Assembly: GCA_044070495.1 (NCBI GenBank)
Contig: JBIPSI010000037.1
Coordinates: 1 to 48,700, forward strand
Source of the DNA: Spirulina sp.
GTDB taxonomy: Bacteria > Cyanobacteriota > Cyanobacteriia > Phormidesmidales > Phormidesmidaceae
Reading direction: 5' to 3'
Length of the DNA: 48,700 bases
Below the pieces are notes generated by a model that was given only the letters and a program-made list of their open reading frames with translations, was not told where the DNA came from and made no database searches. The position numbers and the translations under genes are program-made. Below are positions 46,291 through 48,700 of this stretch, piece after piece (position 1 is the stretch's first letter; each line of letters opens with the position of its first letter).

Positions 46291-47418
46291 TCAGCGAGAA
46301 CCGAGGGCTTGATCCAAATCGGCGATCAAATCCTGCGGGTGCTCTAGGCCAATGGACAGGCGCAGCAGGTTGTCGGGAGTGCCCGTTCCAGGGGATTCCA
46401 CCGAGGCCCGATGCTCCAGAGTGCTGTGGGGGCCACCAAAACTGGTAGCTCGCACGAACAACTTGACCTGAGCCGCAACCGCCAGGGCCGCAGGTTGCCC
46501 ACCCTTGACCAGGATCGACATTAGCCCCCCATAGCCCCCCGTCATTTGGCTTTGGGCCACGGCGTAGCCTAGGTGCTCCGGCAATCCTGGATAGAGGACG
46601 TGCTCAATGGCGGGATGGGATTGCAGCCATTGGGCCATCATCATCGCCGACTGACTCTGGGCCTTAACCCGCACTGCCAAGGTTTGCAGTCCGCGTAGGG
46701 TTAGCCAGCAGTCAAAGGGAGAGGGCACGGCTCCACCAATGGATTGAATCAGCCGCAGTTGTTCAAATAGAGGGTTGATGCCTTTGGTAATGACGGCCCC
46801 ACCAATCACATCGCTGTGCCCTGCTAGGTATTTGGTGGTGGCATGGATGACAAAATCAGCCCCGTGGTTGAGAGGCTGCTGGAGGATCGGGGAGGGAATC
46901 GTGTTATCGCAGGCGAGGTAGGCCCCGGCTTGGTGGGCCAGATCCGCAACGGCCTGAATATCGGTGATGGCCAGTTGCGGATTGGAGGGAGTTTCAATCA
47001 AAATCAGCCGCGTGTTGGGTTGGATGGCGGCGGCTACAGCCTCTAAATTTGTGGTATCCACCAACGTGTATTGCAGCCCCCAAGGAGCCAGAATCTTCGC
47101 CAGAATTTCCTGAATGCCAAAGTAGACATTACGCGGAGCCACCACATGATCGCCTGTCCTTAAGGCTTGCAACAAACTAAACGTCGCCGCCGACCCCGAC
47201 CCAAACGTTGCCGCCGCTTCCCCTTGTTCTAGGGTGGCCAAAGCCGTTTCTAATGACTGGCGGTTGGGGTTGTCGCTGCGGCCATAGACATAGCCCTGGG
47301 GATAGGAGCCATCCATCCCTCGCTCGAAGGTGGTGGAAAGATGAATCGGGGGCACCAATGCGCCAGTAGCGGAATCGATCCAACGACCGCTATGGATGGC
47401 TTGGGTATCGGGATGCAT
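46291..47418 (-). CDS. Cys/Met metabolism PLP enzyme (cystathionine gamma-synthase/lyase family)
   Basis: PPIHLSTTF, YGRSDNPNR, ETPSNP, DNT, TKYLAGHSDV, LRLSIGLE. Confidence 0.9.
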   Translation of the reverse strand: MHPDTQAIHSGRWIDSATGALVPPIHLSTTFERGMDGSYPQGYVYGRSDNPNRQSLETALATLEQGEAAATFGSGSAATFSLLQALRTGDHVVAPRNVYFGIQEILAKILAPWGLQYTLVDTTNLEAVAAAIQPNTRLILIETPSNPQLAITDIQAVADLAHQAGAYLACDNTIPSPILQQPLNHGADFVIHATTKYLAGHSDVIGGAVITKGINPLFEQLRLIQSIGGAVPSPFDCWLTLRGLQTLAVRVKAQSQSAMMMAQWLQSHPAIEHVLYPGLPEHLGYAVAQSQMTGGYGGLMSILVKGGQPAALAVAAQVKLFVRATSFGGPHSTLEHRASVESPGTGTPDNLLRLSIGLEHPQDLIADLDQALGSR

Positions 47419-47440
47419 AGCAAAGACCAAAAATAAATAC

Positions 47441-47470
47441 AAAAGGCCCTGCCGTTGAACAGCAGGGCCT
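47441..47470 (-). terminator. Intrinsic terminator after the porin gene
   Basis: aggccctgc/gcagggcct stem with U-run on the minus strand. Confidence 0.75.
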
Positions 47471-47508
47471 CAAATCTAAGACCAATCTAAGTCAAAGAAG
47501 CTAAAGTC

Positions 47509-48700
47509 TTAGAAACGGAAGGTAGCGCGGACAACGCCCCACCAACCGGTGGAATCGCTACCGGGGCTGGTCAGGTTGGCATCACCATAGATGACGGCGG
47601 GGGTAACGGTGAGGAACTGGTTGAAGGGAATTTCGTAATAGCCCTCAACCAGGAAGGGGTTGTTGGTGTAGCCCGCCAACTGAGGCAGTTGAGCCGCGTA
47701 CACACCAAGCTGAGACCCTTCGATCCCGAAGTCGTTGAAGCCAGCGCCACCGCTCCAGCTAAAGTCTTCGCCGCCATTGAAGTCTTGGAAGGCGATGTGG
47801 CCACCGAGGAAGAAGCGACCGAAGTCTAGGCTAGCCAAGCCAGCGTAGGTGTTGACGGCACCAGCGGGAGCCGCAGGGTTGCCAAACACGCCGTGCTGGG
47901 CAAAGTTGGGGGAACCATCGCTGTGCATGTAAGCAATAGCCGCATTGAACGCACCCTCAGGCACAAAGTTCAACTGAGCAATGTAGCTCTGGCTGTTGGC
48001 AGCAAAGACACCAATAGAAGGATCGAAGGCTTGGTTGCTGGTGGAGTAGCCCAAGTCGAGCACGAAGCTGTCGGTGAAGGCAATGTTGACACCCAAGCCA
48101 GGGCCGCTGGAGGAGTTACCACCAACATCATAGAACTGAGGGCCGGAAGCATCTGCCACACCAGGGCCATCGAAGGGCACGATGGTGCTGGTCACCCAGT
48201 CGTCACCCTGAAGACCGCGAGCGGCCAGGGTCACATCCACTCGGCCACCGAGGGGGAAGCTGTAGTAGAAGTCATCCACCACGAGGTCAAAGTTGGTGTT
48301 GGTGGTGCCGCTGGAGTTGGCCAAGCCGCCGAAGCCAGACAGGGCTTGGTTGCCGCTGGCCCCTTGCAGACGAATGCGCAGGCGGTCGTTGCCGGTGAAG
48401 CTGGAGTCGAAGTTCAAGCGAGCCCGAGCTTCAACACTGGTGCTGTTTTCCAGGACGGTGCCGGTGACGGGGTTGATCCCGTTGTAGGTGTCGAAGGGCA
48501 CCACGACGGCCATGTCAGCCTGACCACGCAGTTTGGTGGTGGTGGAGAACTGCTGGGCGCGCAGGGTAGCGGTTTCGGCTTCCAGGGCATCCACACGACC
48601 GCGCAGGGTAGCCAGTTCAGCCTGGAACTCTTCTTGCAGACGGCGGATGGCAGCGAGATCGTCGGGGTTGATGCCGGACTGGGAAATCAGAACGGCCATC
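47509..48700 (-). CDS. Cyanobacterial outer-membrane porin (OprB/'iron uptake porin' type), 5' part outside window
   Basis: RLQEEFQAELATLRGRVDALEA..QFSTTTKLRG, RLNFDSSFTG.D.L, terminal RATFRF. Confidence 0.92.
   Translation of the reverse strand, partial: MAVLISQSGINPDDLAAIRRLQEEFQAELATLRGRVDALEAETATLRAQQFSTTTKLRGQADMAVVVPFDTYNGINPVTGTVLENSTSVEARARLNFDSSFTGNDRLRIRLQGASGNQALSGFGGLANSSGTTNTNFDLVVDDFYYSFPLGGRVDVTLAARGLQGDDWVTSTIVPFDGPGVADASGPQFYDVGGNSSSGPGLGVNIAFTDSFVLDLGYSTSNQAFDPSIGVFAANSQSYIAQLNFVPEGAFNAAIAYMHSDGSPNFAQHGVFGNPAAPAGAVNTYAGLASLDFGRFFLGGHIAFQDFNGGEDFSWSGGAGFNDFGIEGSQLGVYAAQLPQLAGYTNNPFLVEGYYEIPFNQFLTVTPAVIYGDANLTSPGSDSTGWWGVVRATFRF

Overview
Chromosomal window from a moderately GC-rich cyanobacterium. 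Gene content suggests a filamentous Leptolyngbya/Nodosilinea-like organism (inference). Most of 7-48.7 kb is core genome: thiO-thiG fusion, gshB, carboxyspermidine dehydrogenase and a divergent decarboxylase, glnB with an NtcA box, mraY, Rrf2 plus double hemerythrin, acs, cyAbrB, holA, obgE, amidase, rlpA, CHASE2-GGDEF-EAL, groESL with CIRCE and K-box, LysM-M23, amiC, a Cys/Met lyase and a partial porin. The most unusual part is 142-6972. An NLR-like NACHT-HEAT gene with an AT-rich HEAT block is followed by a tightly packed array of toxin-antitoxin genes and gene fragments. The array consists of two diverged units sharing three fixed 'anchor' blocks with different cargo between them. One anchor encodes a protein whose N-terminus matches the NACHT protein's own C-terminal motif. 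Other signals: two MITE families (one with a 9-bp target duplication and a REP doublet inside), REP-like repeats translated in the ThiO-ThiG linker, two sRNA/structured-RNA candidates, a poly-T frameshift, a small RRGGGT peptide gene next to a CHASE2 receptor, and apparent absence of HIP1 with frequent CCTAGG.
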